Under the pieces are notes generated by a model. The model ran no database searches, was not told where the DNA came from, and saw only the letters and a list, made by a program, of their open reading frames with translations. Position numbers and translations under genes: made by a program. Below are positions 24,372-38,000 of a stretch of DNA of 64,000 bases, piece after piece. The stretch's first letter is position 1. Every line of letters begins with the position of its first letter. The DNA comes from Tubulanus polymorphus (Eukaryota > Animalia > Nemertea): assembly GCF_964204645.1 (NCBI RefSeq), contig NC_134032.1, positions 13,814,275-13,878,274 of the forward strand. The letters run 5' to 3'.

Positions 24372-27300
24372 ATGGCCACTAATAACCACAGCTCAACAAA
24401 ATTGGTCAAATATCCGAAACTGATTTTATTCGGAGATTCGTTGACTGAGGTAAGTTCGAATGTAAACCGAGTTAATTGGGTAATTATCAATTAGTAATTC
24501 ATAGCTAATTACAATTCAATTAAATTTTTGTGAACACATCACCGGAACGCCGGTGTATTTTCGATTGCAGTATGGTTTTGGTGAAGGCGGGTTTTTCGGA
24601 TCGCATATCGCGCACTTTCTTCAAGGGTCAGTAAATTTTTTCCATATCATTTGCTCCGTGGTTTTTTAAATCAATTCATAGACTGTCATAGGCTATCAGG
24701 CCTACGTCCCATTTTGTTTCTTTTTTGGCCGGGCCGCCGACCGCCGAAGATGACCCGACCAAAATATGCGGCTTTGACTTTCGATTGATCTCAACGTATC
24801 CATATTATATTATTTTGTTCATGAATTGGTTCAAACCAAGTTTCTTTAATAAATTAAGTTGTTGCAATTTTTTTCCTCAAAATGTTCCTTGACTGCTCCT
24901 TGAACCACAATTTGATCTTGTTAGTATTTAAATTGGATCGATTTCATAGAAATGGATTTTTCCGTTGGTCCGTTTATTACGAGGTTAATTTAGATTGTTT
25001 TTCTGGTGCCAGAACTACCGCTAATAACGAACTTTTTTTCTGGTGCCCTGAGGTCCGTTTTAACAAGGTTCTACTGATTTCCAACGATTTCCTCAGTAAT
25101 AGTAATTTAATTTCTATCGCGTCTTCAATCACTGTGGTACAATGCTCAACGGCGCTTTCCATTAAATTCAAGCCATCAGTCGTCTGGGGGGGGGGAGTAT
25201 ATCATCCGAGAATTTAAGATTTAAGGAGAGGGTTCAGGGGCAGACTTTGACTGGAGCAAAAAGAAATGAAAAGGGCATACATTCAAAAAGGCCACAACTT
25301 AAAACAGACAGCCAAAACAAGGGTTTGGAAAATTTCACACAATCTAGGCACTTGAGGGACCTTTATGAAAAAGTGAATTTCGTGCTATGGGCCGCTGTTC
25401 TATTAATATTAATTGCGGGTAGATAAAGTGCTCAAAAATGCCATCGTATTGGCGCACTGGGAAGTTGCGACGGGAGCATTCATGCCCCTTGCGCTCCCAG
25501 TCTGAACACCATCTCCGCGGTACATGTATCAGACCCATAGTCTCTGTTGAAGACGCTGTGACGTGTAGTGTATATTTTTATAGTCGTTGCGATGTCGTCT
25601 GCCGTGGATACTCGGGTTATAATACTCGCTGGTGTAAACTCGTTCTTCCGTCGATCGTTAACCGTCCTATGATGATTGATGATGACGTAGTTGCCGTGGT
25701 GATTTTCCTCGGCGCTAACGACAGCGTGGATAAACTGTTGAAGCCGAGCCAACACGTTCCCGTCGACGAGTTCGGCGACAATCTACGAGAAATGGTCGAA
25801 TATTTACTGGTAAAAAAATTAAAAATTCGATTTAAAAAATTCACAACTGTGGAACTGAGCACGCGTTGTATCGGTATTTACTTAATTGGTGATATCTTGT
25901 TGACGCCGTTAGTGGAAATCGAGGGTTCTTCTGTATCAAGTGAGGATCCGCCAAGTGCTGTTGCGCGATGATGGCATCGACTACTACTGCGACGATAGAG
26001 CATTCCACTTATGGCAAGTGAAGACCCGCAAAATGATATCGTAGTGATATCGACTACTACTGTGGCAATAGAGGATTCCACTTATGGCAAGTGAGGATCC
26101 GCTAGGTTCGCGCTAGTGTTCAGTCGGTCTTCCGCGTTTAAATTCCAATTAAAGCAAGTAAATCATTTGAACCGCAGAATCAGTTCCGCAGTAAGGGCCC
26201 TGTACTATGTATGTTGTCAAATCGAAGGATGAACTAATTTTAACCCGCTGTCTCCTGATTATCACAAAGGGGGGATTAGCTGTGTTTCACAGATGATGAA
26301 GAGTCTCAAACCCACAATGAAAAAACCCTGAATCTTATTTCCTTGATGATAATGAGTTTTTCTTAACTCAGAACTGTGGAGCCAGGACCTGATTATCAAT
26401 GTTTTCAATATTTACAGTCAATAGGTTTACGCAGAAATCAAATAATCCTCGCTTCGCTGCCGGCATTTGATGAGAAGAAATGGAAGAAACATTGTGAAGA
26501 GAAGGGTAACAAACGATTGTTAACAACCGATAGTTTCATAATCCTTATTCCTGGATCATACGTTTGAGCAAATCAGCAAATCGATAATGCAATGGCCAGT
26601 TCGGGAAGGGGGAGGGGGTGTGGTTGGTGTCCTAAATAAAATGTTAAGTCTTTGAAATTCCATGCTCAAATATACCGGTCGGACTGTATATTTTCTGAAG
26701 AAAGATCAAAATTAAGATTGAATAGCTGAAAAAATAACAAAATCCTGTTCTGGCAATTAAAGCTGTTGTAAGTGAATTGCGGCGTAGCTTAGAGAAAGGC
26801 CCCAAATTTCTGAAGTAGACAACCTCCCTCCTTTCCTTTGACCATGGATCCACCCCTGGTTGGTGCTTAGAATAGCAAAATAAAACACACTTTCGAAATA
26901 ACCTCAAAACTACTCTGATGTTCACGACTATTTTGTAGGTAAGCCGTTTGGTAAATTTGAGAGCGCCGGACGTGGTTATTACGAGTCTTGTAAACAAGTA
27001 GCCGAATCGTGTGGAACTGAATTCGTAGATTTATTTCAGTCCATGCTGAAACAACCGGTAAAATTACATTTGAAAACTACGTCATTTACCCGATCATGGA
27101 CTCTGTCGATGATCTCATGAATCGTCATTTACCCGATCTGAAACCACTAATGCATTAGTAGCGAAACGTAGTTAATAAATAATTAAATAATTACTATCAG
27201 TCTTTACGTTTTACCGATTTATAGCCTTATATACTAAACATTGTATCACATTGAGTATTACATTTCGGTATTAATGGATTGCAAATATTTCACCGGGTTG

Positions 27301-27764
27301 AGAATCAAGGAAGTAAAAAGTTTTTCCAAATGAATTGAAGTGTTATTTACGACTCGCATGGTTGGAATGAGTCCACCGGTACCGCGAGTCGACCGGCTCC
27401 GCGAGTCGACCAGTATCGCGAGTCGACCGCTACCGAGTTGAGCGAAGTCTACTGTAAAAGATGTCGTCATTTCTAGCTAACCCCGTTCGTAAACCCCTCA
27501 AGGGACTAACTGGTAAAACTTTCATCAGCGCGTTAATATCCTCGTCATTTTTTTTCGTAGGACTGGAAATCGATGTTGAACGACGGTCTGCATTTTTCCG
27601 AAAGCGGCGGGAAATTCGTCGCCGAACAGATGTTGAAACGGATTCCGACCGATCACTTACGGATAATCCATCCTCTGTGGGATACGATCGATAACGATAA
27701 TCCGCGCGCAGTTCTTGATCAATGGTTACTAGAGATATCTGATAAACAAATAATTAATCAATAA
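24372..27764 (+). CDS. IAH1: Isoamyl acetate-hydrolysing esterase 1 homolog (SGNH/GDSL hydrolase)
   Basis: Exons 24372-24449, 24571-24626, 25584-25809, 26418-26505, 26939-27057, 27561-27764. The catalytic SGNH blocks are intact: LFGDSLTE, CDVVCRGYSGYNTRW, IFLGANDS, LNDGLHFS. Confidence 0.93.
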
Positions 27765-28992
27765 TCGATTATTTTCTTATCATTGGATCGATTTTGTTAG
27801 ACACTAAAAGGTCAATTATTTCCTGATTGATGGCAAATTATTGCATAATTAATAATCAATTGTGAAATACCTCATAGTCAATTATTGACTTCTTAATAAT
27901 CAATTGGTAGATAATTAGTTATTTGTCAATTATTTTCGAATGGATGGTAAATAACTGACTTTATACGTGTAGTCTCAATCATTCCCTAAATGGTCGTCAA
28001 TCAATTGTTAATTAAACAAATTTCGACTGCCGTCTCCAGCTAGGAAAATGATGTAGAAATATATCTCAATGTCTTCTTATTTTCTTATGAATGTTAAAAC
28101 TGGATAAATTGTATATCAGGAAATTCTCGATCCGGTTCAAACGGATGAGATTAATACGGATTATCCAGAAATTCGGATTAGGAATTCTATTCTATATATG
28201 TGCTGTAAATCGAGTGTACTAACATCGGTTTTAATGTTAATTTTTTTATCAATGTGTTTTTGAAATGTTTTCTGAAATCTATATACGACCAGTGGTAGCC
28301 TATCTGTTGAATGCGCACCTGTCACACCCTGCAGCATTGGTGAAACAGGTTGCCATACTTGCCAATTAACACCACCGGGCGTCCCATTTATACAACACTA
28401 TTCAACACCACCTGGTGTCACATTTATGCACTGTTTAAAGCCGTTGTGACGTGTGTATATTCAAACATAATTTTTTTCTCGTAATAAACGACTTTATTTC
28501 TTCTATGAAAACATGTTTTTGGCTTTTCCGTTATTTCTTATGTCTGGGGAAAACGTAAATTTAGCGGACTCAAAATCCCCCTCGATGGATTGCTTGAAAA
28601 CGTGGAATCTGGCAAGCATTTTCGCAACCACACTTTACAACACGTAGAAAGTTTATTGATCCGCACATAAATATGTACAAGGCAGGTATTTGCGCACATT
28701 GAATTGATAACTTGATAAAAAATTATTATTCTTAGAATACACACGTCCTTGTGTAATACTTAGTTTGATGGGGGTAGATTATACCGAGCTTTCTGGCTTT
28801 TATGATGTGAATCGATTTTATTTTTTTTTTAAAGTATAAATTTGCTTGTTTGAATATGGGGTTCGAACCGACCGGGTCAATGCCACACAACGCACATTTA
28901 TATAAAAAACGCAACAACGAACAGAATCATGATGATATTTTCAAATTTCAACAATAGTTTTATTGATTGAAAACTTCACAAACGCGATTTAT

Positions 28993-31900
28993 TTAGCAAA
29001 CTTGACACGATTTTCGGCAGTTAGGTAACATATATCGCGGATTCTTTTTGCATTCGCCGATATTCGCCCAATAAGGACACTGGTCGTTATTGTCCAAACA
29101 ATTCGGATTGGCTGTCGTGGTCGTCTGACCCGGGCAAGTACCTGTTTTGCAAAAATGACGAAAAAACGTTTGAAAATACTAGATAATCGAATATTCAAAT
29201 CTACTTCTATGAATAATGACGATTTCATCGAAACTTACCGCAAGAGACCCGACAATTCGGTAACATGTAAGCCGGATTCTTCTTGCATTCTCCAATATCG
29301 GCCCAATATTGACATTGCGAGTTGTTATTCACACAAGGCGGCTCCGGATCTTTGGATTTAACCACAGCCCCGGTGAGAGGATCGGTCCAAGTGGTATCTG
29401 ACGATATAACGATTTAATAATAATTGTAGGTTATCAAATCGTTGACGCATGAGCCTGGTATACGTCAACGGTTACAGTTGGGAATACAGATTTGAGAAAG
29501 TTTAAAATTCGAATATCGTTTTAAAGGGGAAACTGCTCTTAGATTAACACAATAGGTGGGAGGAATGAGATGGGGGGGGGGGGCTACGTGCTGTGTTTAG
29601 GGCTACAATCGAGGACTAACCTTTGTGCTGACACTTGCATTCCTTGTTCAAAAATGATTCTCCTCGGACACATTTTCCTTTCAAATTCGCCGGACAATGA
29701 GCTACATATAAAACATATGATCATCATTTATTATCGAAGTTACGCACAAACTTTTTTCTATGATAAATCGAACATATTCATATATGCATGTATGAAGGAA
29801 TTCAAAACATGAAATTAGAAAGAAAAATTGATTTAAGAAGGGCTGTTGGGGTATGTCTGGACGCAATTCAGACATTGGCGTCGCAGTAGACCGGGTGCGC
29901 AGGTACATGCGCAGCTTTCCGAACGAAAACTGGCGGCACCAATCAGATTGCTCGTTGTATAATCGTTGAGGCAAATTTCAAGGAAGAACTATAAATGGGA
30001 AAACCCGGGCTAAAATAAAACGGGATATCTGATTGGCTAAAAATCACATCATCTGAACTGCGCATGTATCTGCGCACACGGTCGATTATGGCAGGGTTTC
30101 GTGCCGTGGCAATCTCGATGCCATCAGGTTCGAATCCCTGCTGGGGGAGGATGGTGCAGGGTTGTGTTGTAATAATTACCGTCACATTGATACATGAAGT
30201 TAGCCACTTGCGTGTCGGACCAAGCTAAAGTCTTTTTATGCCAAGTGTCCTGAATCAGATGTTCTTTCGATGGATCTTTAGCTTTTATCGTCTGCTTGCC
30301 TTTATCTGAAAACGCCTGAAAAATAAAAACTATTTCACGGAGCGGCGGAAGCTTATCTAATTTGGTCCGACCATAGGAATTTTTTTTCTCTTTTTTTAGT
30401 CTGATAGCTTGGCAGTCAGAAACGACCAATCAATTTTTGTTGACAAAATTTGTCACAAAAAAACCTGCTAGAAATGTATGGATTGAGAATCGGACAAATT
30501 GTCACCTATAAAACTGAAGCGGGTGTGTGATTTGAGCTAAAATTTGACCCTAGCAGTAGGGTTACTCGAATACGAATACGAATATTTATTACACTCCAAC
30601 CATTTCCATGGTATATGGAGGAAAAGAAACGGTATTTACAATTATTTACAAAAACAGTAGATAAAAGCACTTTGAAACATAACAAACGTTATATACAACA
30701 TACTATTTACACGCACTACCGGAGGGATCTATATACATCCAGACCTAATTTGATAAATTTAGCAAGTTTAAAAGTTGGATTTTTTAAAACATCAAGATTC
30801 CGAAAGGTATTTGAATTTAGGTAGCTTTCACGGAATACGATAAGTAATTTACAGTCAAAAATGAAATGTAGTTCGTCGCCTAAAACGTTACAGGTGGGGC
30901 ATAATCTATCGGTTCTCGGTAGATGGAGATTTGACAATTTATTTACAGGTAGGAGATAAGATACTCGACACGCATACACATGCGACTCCTGGTGGACATA
31001 ATCATTAAATCGACGCTCCAGGAATATCTGATACTAACCGTTGTACCGTAATGCATAATACCCAAATAATCATAATGAACTCCATAATTATTCACTTCAC
31101 TCCAGGGCAGTTTATTAAACCAAACTCTCCAGGCGGGATTGACATTCTCGTAAATAATCTCTAAATATTCATCTCTGTCCGGAAGTTGATGTTCGTGTAC
31201 CCAGCCAATCGCGTGACCTAATTCGTGAATGACGGTACCCTTATATCTACATCCGGGTCCTAGATTCAAGGGTTGTGCACCCCCGCTCATTCCTAGATGT
31301 GAATTGCATCTGAAAATAAAACATCATTAGAAATTATCGATAAATATATATAATTCAATAATTGATGATTATTTGATATTTGTTCTGATGAATTTATTTT
31401 CGCAGTGATCGAAATTTTTTCGCACGGTTTGTCAAAATGGCATCTATTCTATTGTGTGAATTGGACCAGCCGTCTGACATGAGATTAGAGACAGCCTATG
31501 GGGAGTGACTTGCGCAGGATTCAGCATAGTGTTCTGAACCCAGTTCACAGTTTTGAACCCAGGGCCCAATTTCACAAAAAGTTTAAGCCTAAAACAGTTG
31601 AATTGTTTTCCTCATTGATGATATGAAGTAACCACTAGCGGTTACACAAAAAAATTTAATTTAAACATTTAATTTCTTGTGAAACTGGGCCCAGCAGTTC
31701 CACAGATTTGAGCCCAGATTCGCAGTTCCGGAGCCCATTCCACAATTCTGAGACCTGGTTCAACAGCTCTGGGCCAGGTTTCCGCAATTCTGGACCATGT
31801 TCCACTGTCTCGATAAAGAATAACGTCGGAAATGGACTAATTTAAATGCAACCGATAATGTGTGGAGGTGGGGGTCCTGAGGAGGTTGTGCGAGGTGTGC

Positions 31901-33355
31901 GTTGTTCCAAATGCATTCTTCCGCCATTTTGCTTTCCATGATCAGTAGAAGATATTCATCGAATTTTCTTCAATCGAATTCTCACCCGACGCCGTTTTGG
32001 ATTCTAATTCTATTTCTGGGATCATTCGGAGAAACTTCGGTGAACGTTAAACAAGATAGTTTCTCGTATTCATCCATAGCGGCGCGAATGTTCTTCAATT
32101 CATAGACGTCTGAAATAATAACGTAATGTCGATGTAATGTGATAGATGGCGCATGAGTGAAAGATCACCTTTGTCGTAACTTTTGGATTCAACATATTTT
32201 TTTAAATCATATATATCATTTTCTTATTTCTTATTCAAACTTTATAGATTGCATAATTTTGTTCTCCCAAATAAATCAAATTAGATGGAATGGCTAGTTT
32301 TCCGAATTCTGATAGATGGCGCATTAGTTTTCTTGGATTATAACTTCAGCACTCTAAAACGTACTGAAATCGCCGGCTTTGATGTAATAGTACACCTTAG
32401 CGTCCGGCCATCTTTTTGCCATGTTACTCGTAGCTTTCCTCTTGTTCCTGGATGCTGGGTTAGTCAGATACATTCTCACCGCCTGCTCCTCGCTGAGAAC
32501 CATGTCGAATTCCGAAAGTATTTTTCCATCTCCAGCTGCGCGGAAACTCCCCGAGAACGCTATAATTAAATTGAAAAAGAGTGGGTGTTACGGTTGCTCC
32601 TGGGATGGTAGGGTTGCTCCTGGGGTGGTAGGGTTGCTCCGGGTGGTATGGTTGCTGCGGGGGTTGTTATCTAGATAAGTGGGTTTAGGGTACATACCTT
32701 CTTTTCCACCAGACGCGGCGAGAATCGCCTGATCAATGCTCTGAAACTGAGACACGTCATCTTCGTTCACTGGCACTGCCGAAATTACCTGCAATTCAAA
32801 ATTGACCCTTCTTCTTATTCGATCAGTCCTTTGGTTCTTAATTTGTAACATCCTTCATTCAATTTTCGATTTATTTTTTTAGCGAAGCCCTGGGTTAGGA
32901 CTAGCCCCAAAAGACACACTAGGACCCAGTTTCACAGTTATCAGAAATGCATACAGACGTAAATATTTTTGTTTGGTTTGAGTCTTTGAGTTAAGAGTAT
33001 TTAAGATTGATTTTTCCTCAATGTTGTAACTCTCGACCGGACCTCGATTGGAAATAAAACTAACCTCGAGTTATGACCATGGTCACTATAGCGAAAGCCG
33101 GAGAACGCAACCAATTTTAGATTTGCTGAATATATTTTCTTATACTCAAACATAGTCCATGATTCATATAATTGAATCTGACGTTAGAAATTAATCTTTT
33201 TCAATTTGCATTTAATCGGGTGTATTTCAGGCTCCGTTCAGTTAAATTTGAGATTTAGAATCATTCTTTTTGCTTCGTAACAAATAAGTGAATTAATCAA
33301 TAAAACTTACAGCAGCCGCAGCAGCGACGCAGAAGCAGACAATGCTGTATATCAT
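28993..33355 (-). CDS. Secreted astacin (M12A) zinc metalloprotease with two C-terminal ShKT domains, about 389 aa
   Basis: Exons 33355-33311, 32788-32698, 32559-32365, 32109-31986, 31309-31039, 30315-30180, 29397-29239, 29141-28993. Signal peptide MIYSIVCFCVAAAAAVISA; propeptide ending in furin-type site RNKR; zinc motif HELGHAIGWVHEHQLPDRD; Met-turn GIMHYG. Two 6-Cys ShK repeats: CVNNNSQCQYWADIGECKKNPAYMLPNCRVSCGTC and CLDNNDQCPYWANIGECKKNPRYMLPNCRKSCQVC. Confidence 0.93.
30563..30968 (-). mobile_element. 5'-truncated non-LTR retrotransposon (LINE) 3' end inside an astacin intron
   Basis: Minus-strand ORF remnant RTDRLCPTCNVLGDELHFIFDC (CCHC-type motif typical of LINE ORF2 C-termini), followed by AATAAA and an (ATTCGT)n tail. 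Flanked by the direct repeat TACTCGA at 30563-30569 and 30962-30968. Confidence 0.8.
31563..31691. mobile_element. MITE family A (GGCCCAGTTTCACAAAAA...TTTTTGTGAAACTGGGCC); other copies at ~9408-9520, ~41130-41258, ~54450-54571, 57600-57706
   Basis: About 18-bp TIRs, 105-130 bp long, flanked by CAG/CTG. Consistent with PIF/Harbinger-type MITEs. Confidence 0.8.
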
Positions 33356-35020
33356 GATGTATCAAACGATAAGAATTCCTTCGGTTCCGTCGACTATTTA
33401 TCAGTTTTTGTTATCCACATTTTATCGGGGGTGTAATTTGTCAATTTCTCTTTTTCAACAAATGTTTGAAAACAAGTTCTACCGATAAGGACCGAATGAT
33501 TGATGCCGTCTCCTACTGCTGACGATTCTCCCTCAGTTTAAAATCGATTTTTCCGTTTAAATACTATCATCGACATCGTTTAGATTCTGCGAATTAGTTT
33601 GTAAAAATTCAATATCTCATTGTCTTCTGGCCGTGGCCACGGTCTTTGCTGCAATGAATCTTTAATGCACAACAACAGGATCTGCCTTCATTTATCACTT
33701 TACAAAAGACCCTCGTGCCCGAGATACACACAAAACGCACGAGTCAGGGAAATTGTTTTAAAAAGTAAATAGTAATAGACAAGGTGTTTTCCATTTATGC
33801 CTTTTTGGAAATTTTTTGAAAAATATCACGCTATTGGAATAAATACAAATATTAGAAAAAAAAACAATTGTTATTTTATTCTTCACAAAGTCTCATGTAT
33901 CAGTGCGGCCCGCGAGTGCTGTCAAGTTAGTTCACGAATTAGCCGCCAACGATATTTCTAGGGGCAGCACCTGATGGTCAAAATCTGACACAGATTCCAT
34001 TTCAAACAAATAATCGATCACCACCCAAATGTTATTGAATAGAAATACATTTTTGTCAAAGAGTTTGATGCCTTTTTAAAGGAAACTATTCTGTTGTGGC
34101 AGTGTATTCATTCAGGTAAGCGGTAAAGCGGCGATGTAGTGATTACTCACATGCCAAAGGTCGGAATTAATCATTCCGTCGCGTTCGAATCCCATAATTA
34201 TTAAGCGATATTTCATTCTTTGGCGAAATTTTCAAGTTCATATAAAAAGTTAAGATTGATCAAGGAAACGATGCAAAAGCGTTAAGTTTTTCATTTTTTC
34301 GTATCTTTTTAGCCAATAGTTATTAGTTTTGTGTCATTAATAATGGACTCTATAAAACAGGTTGATTCATTTTATTGTTAGTCAAGTCTTTGATTAAAAA
34401 AACCCAAATTTTGAATTCCTCAGTCCAAAAATGTTTCAGAATGTTCGACTGCTGTCGACTTAGATCAAAACCTCACCAGAAAGGTGAGTGATTCAATAAG
34501 AAAACCGCTACCCGACGACTGATCGCCCAGATACTGATCGCTCTGTTTAGAATTTATTTTTTGGCGAGGAGCAGTGCAACGCCGGACGCGGCTGATCTGA
34601 CTGAGCAGTCACTGCTGATGAGGATGTAGACCGACTGATCCTCTCCAGGTAGCGCTAAGCTCACCGCCCGCATTCTTTTCCAAGGTATAAAATAATACAA
34701 ATGCGAAAAACAGTTCTATTCACGAAAATTTTCTACTTTATTTATATCGACTATAACGAAAATAAACTTGACCAGAGTTCCGGTTTTATTCGATCGCACA
34801 AGTAACCATGTCGTTAGCATTTATTCAGGTATGGATTTGAAAATATTACAATATTCGATTAGGCTAAATGAAACCTAGAACGCGCAGCTCGGCTTATTGA
34901 GAACGATGTTAATGGATTCAAACTTGGCGCCTCGTCCGCCTTTGCGTGCGCCGTAACCGCATCTTGCCAGCCGGTGCTGCCATCTTTCAGTAGACAAGCG
35001 CAACAAAGCCGTATAAAGAG

Positions 35021-38000
35021 ATGATGGCGCTTAGACGCGTTGATGAGAGAAAATCTTCCCGTTCTTCGGCCGAAAATGATGACGAGGACGCTCACGTATT
35101 CGTCTTTGATAGGCGTACTGGTAACAGCCCTGAAGTGAAGATCAAAACGGGCGGATTATTCAATTTCCATGATTTTGAAGAGCGTGTTATTGAGGTAATT
35201 TAGAAATCAGTTTCTCCCAGGTGCCCCCTACAGTCGAGTAGCCATAACTATTTTCACTCGACGGTGCTTCCACCTGTAATCCAGAAATGAAAATTATATT
35301 ATGTTTATTAGCTTTTTCTCTATAATTACATATATTCTATGAATTTACAAAGAAAATAAAATGAAATTAAAGCATTACGGATCTTTGACCCATTTCAATC
35401 GTAATCCTAATTTTCAGTTGCTATTATGTTTAGAGTCTTCATCTAGATGTCAGCTTTAGACCATAGTCTTATAATAATTACAGTAATATTTAACCTTTAG
35501 TAAGTTACCAGATGATTCCTAATCCCAAATCTTGACTTGGTTTTTCACAGCAGAAACCAAATTGTTTTTGCGCTGGAAAATTTTTCAATCGACCTTTATT
35601 CTATTAGTTCAAATTTGTCTTTATTATGATTATTTTTACTGTATTTTATAATCAGTTTAATGATTTGCTGATTAATTAATGAAGAAAAAATTGTTATTAA
35701 TTATTTGGTCACAATAATTTTTGTCAGCATTTGAATCTATCGAAGACCGATGAATTCGTGATCACAACAACGGATAGAGAAAAAATATACAGCAATGAAA
35801 CCTGGGGTAGGTATTTGAAAAGACAACAAAAACAAACTTCAAATTTTTTGAAATTATCAATTTTATGAAAATTAGAATTCGGCATTCTAATACTCTGTCT
35901 GGAATGATGTACTGCCTCAAGCCCAGTTCCACAAGTATAAACACCACTTGCCCATTGGGCAAGCATATCTGAAATTTCGCTGGCCCCTGAAAAATCAACT
36001 TGCCCTACATAAGCAGTCTGATTAGTGACACAATCAACTGCTGTATCGAATGGGAAAAAGCTTTGAGACATGAAATTGCACTAGCGCAATGAACAAGGAA
36101 GTCTGATAATCATAACCTACTTACCCTGATGAAAATATACCGGGAAATCAGATAAGCACTTAGATTTCACCCTGCAATTATTGACCCCTGTTCTAATAAA
36201 GTTTCTGGTTAAGGTTGAGTGGAAGATTTACTCATTTTCAAATGACGTTAATTACGAGTCAATATCTTAAATCGGAACTGTGGAACTGTATCATCCTGAA
36301 AATATGACACTTGAGTTAAATCATTCTTGCAAGCTCTTAATTTGAAATAATTTCTTCCCAAATTTAATAGACTTTTAATTCTTTATTAGTTAGTATACCT
36401 GAACCTATCAATGATGCTACTTTCTTCAATAAGACCTAACCTCAAATGAGATTAAACATAAAAGCTTCCTTACTGACAATATTTGTAAATTTACATTTCC
36501 AGATAAAATCGATAAAGGTGATACTCTGTACGTATTGAAGGATGTGAACCAGGAGCTACCTGCGGCAGCGCAGGAGCGCGTCACTTATTTACCGCATTAC
36601 GATACGATTGTTAAGGGCGGCATGTATGAATACTACGCGTCAGAGGGACAAAATCCTTTACGTAAGTATTCTAACAAATTAAGACCAGTCTAAGCTCATT
36701 TTAGTTCTATAACCAATCAAACAACTAGAGACCAGTCTTAGCTCATTTTGGATCTATAACAAATCTAACAACTTAAGATCAGTCTAAACTCATTTTGGTT
36801 CTATAACCAAGTTAACAATTAAGACCAGTCTAAACTCATTTTGGTGCTATAACAAATCTAACAAATTAAGACCAGTCTAAGCTCATTTTGGATCTATAAC
36901 CAACCTAACAACTAGACACCAGTCTTAGCTCATTTTGGTTCCATAACCAATCTAACAACTCAAGACTAGTCCAAGCTCATTTTGGTTGTATTGCTAATCT
37001 AACAACAACTAAAGACCAGTTTTATGATTTTAGATCAAATTTTTTGCAACTGGCCCCTGGACTCAGTTCATTTCTCTAATTTAATTCTTATTGCATGATT
37101 CTGTATCATATTCACTAAGATTTAGAGGTCTTTTCGGTGTCTTCTCTATTTTAGCCTACGCGATTGCTGAGTTGATTGATAACGCTTTATACGCAACGGC
37201 TGAAAATACGGAAAAACGAACAATCGAAGTCCGTCTGGTGAGTGAGTCCGTGTCCGTCTGCTCTAACGACCTAAACGTTCTTGGAATTGCAGCCGAAAAC
37301 TCAAAATTTTGCCCTTTCGAGCTACATTTGTTAATTTCCTATGATTTACGCGGTTCCCGCCGTTCCGAGGAATCGGGAAGAACTAAGGAATTTCAAAATA
37401 GTATTTCCCAGTTTGGAATTTAGGAATTCTATTAGATATTGCAAATATTTGGGAAATTTCATTTTACACTTCACCTGGGATGTCCATTACTAGCCCTCTA
37501 AGACAACCTGTTGATGTCATGTTGATGTCCCTGTGTGTTGATGATATAATGTTCACATTTACGGAGGCCTTTTAATAAAAAATTAGGCAATTTTGAATTC
37601 ATGCAACTGTGGGAACAATGGATATAACTCGGAATTGTGGCATGGTTCCCACACAACAGGGAAATTGGGAAAAACTTGGAAATTTTGAAATAATAATTCC
37701 CGGTTTAAAAATATTTGGGAATTTGAAAAATTTTCCTCAAATCAGGAAAATTTTGGGAAATTCATTACATTTCACGTATCGCATTTGCCAAGGGCAACTT
37801 TCTTCAGCAATTTCCCTTGAAATCACCTTTATCAACCAGTCACCGCTAAAATGTTGACTGCAGCATGACATTATGTGTTCATTTCCATTTGGGAAAATTG
37901 AAAAATCGTCCATGAAATACTTGGGAAAAACTTGGGAATTTTGAATTCATATAACTGTGGGAACCATGCGGTGGAACTGCATCGTAAAAGGACAAAAATT

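Noticed and set aside
27365-27445. Triple CGCGAGTCGACC motif
   Set aside because: Probably the subterminal repeats of a degenerate DNA transposon in an IAH1 intron. Too short to classify.
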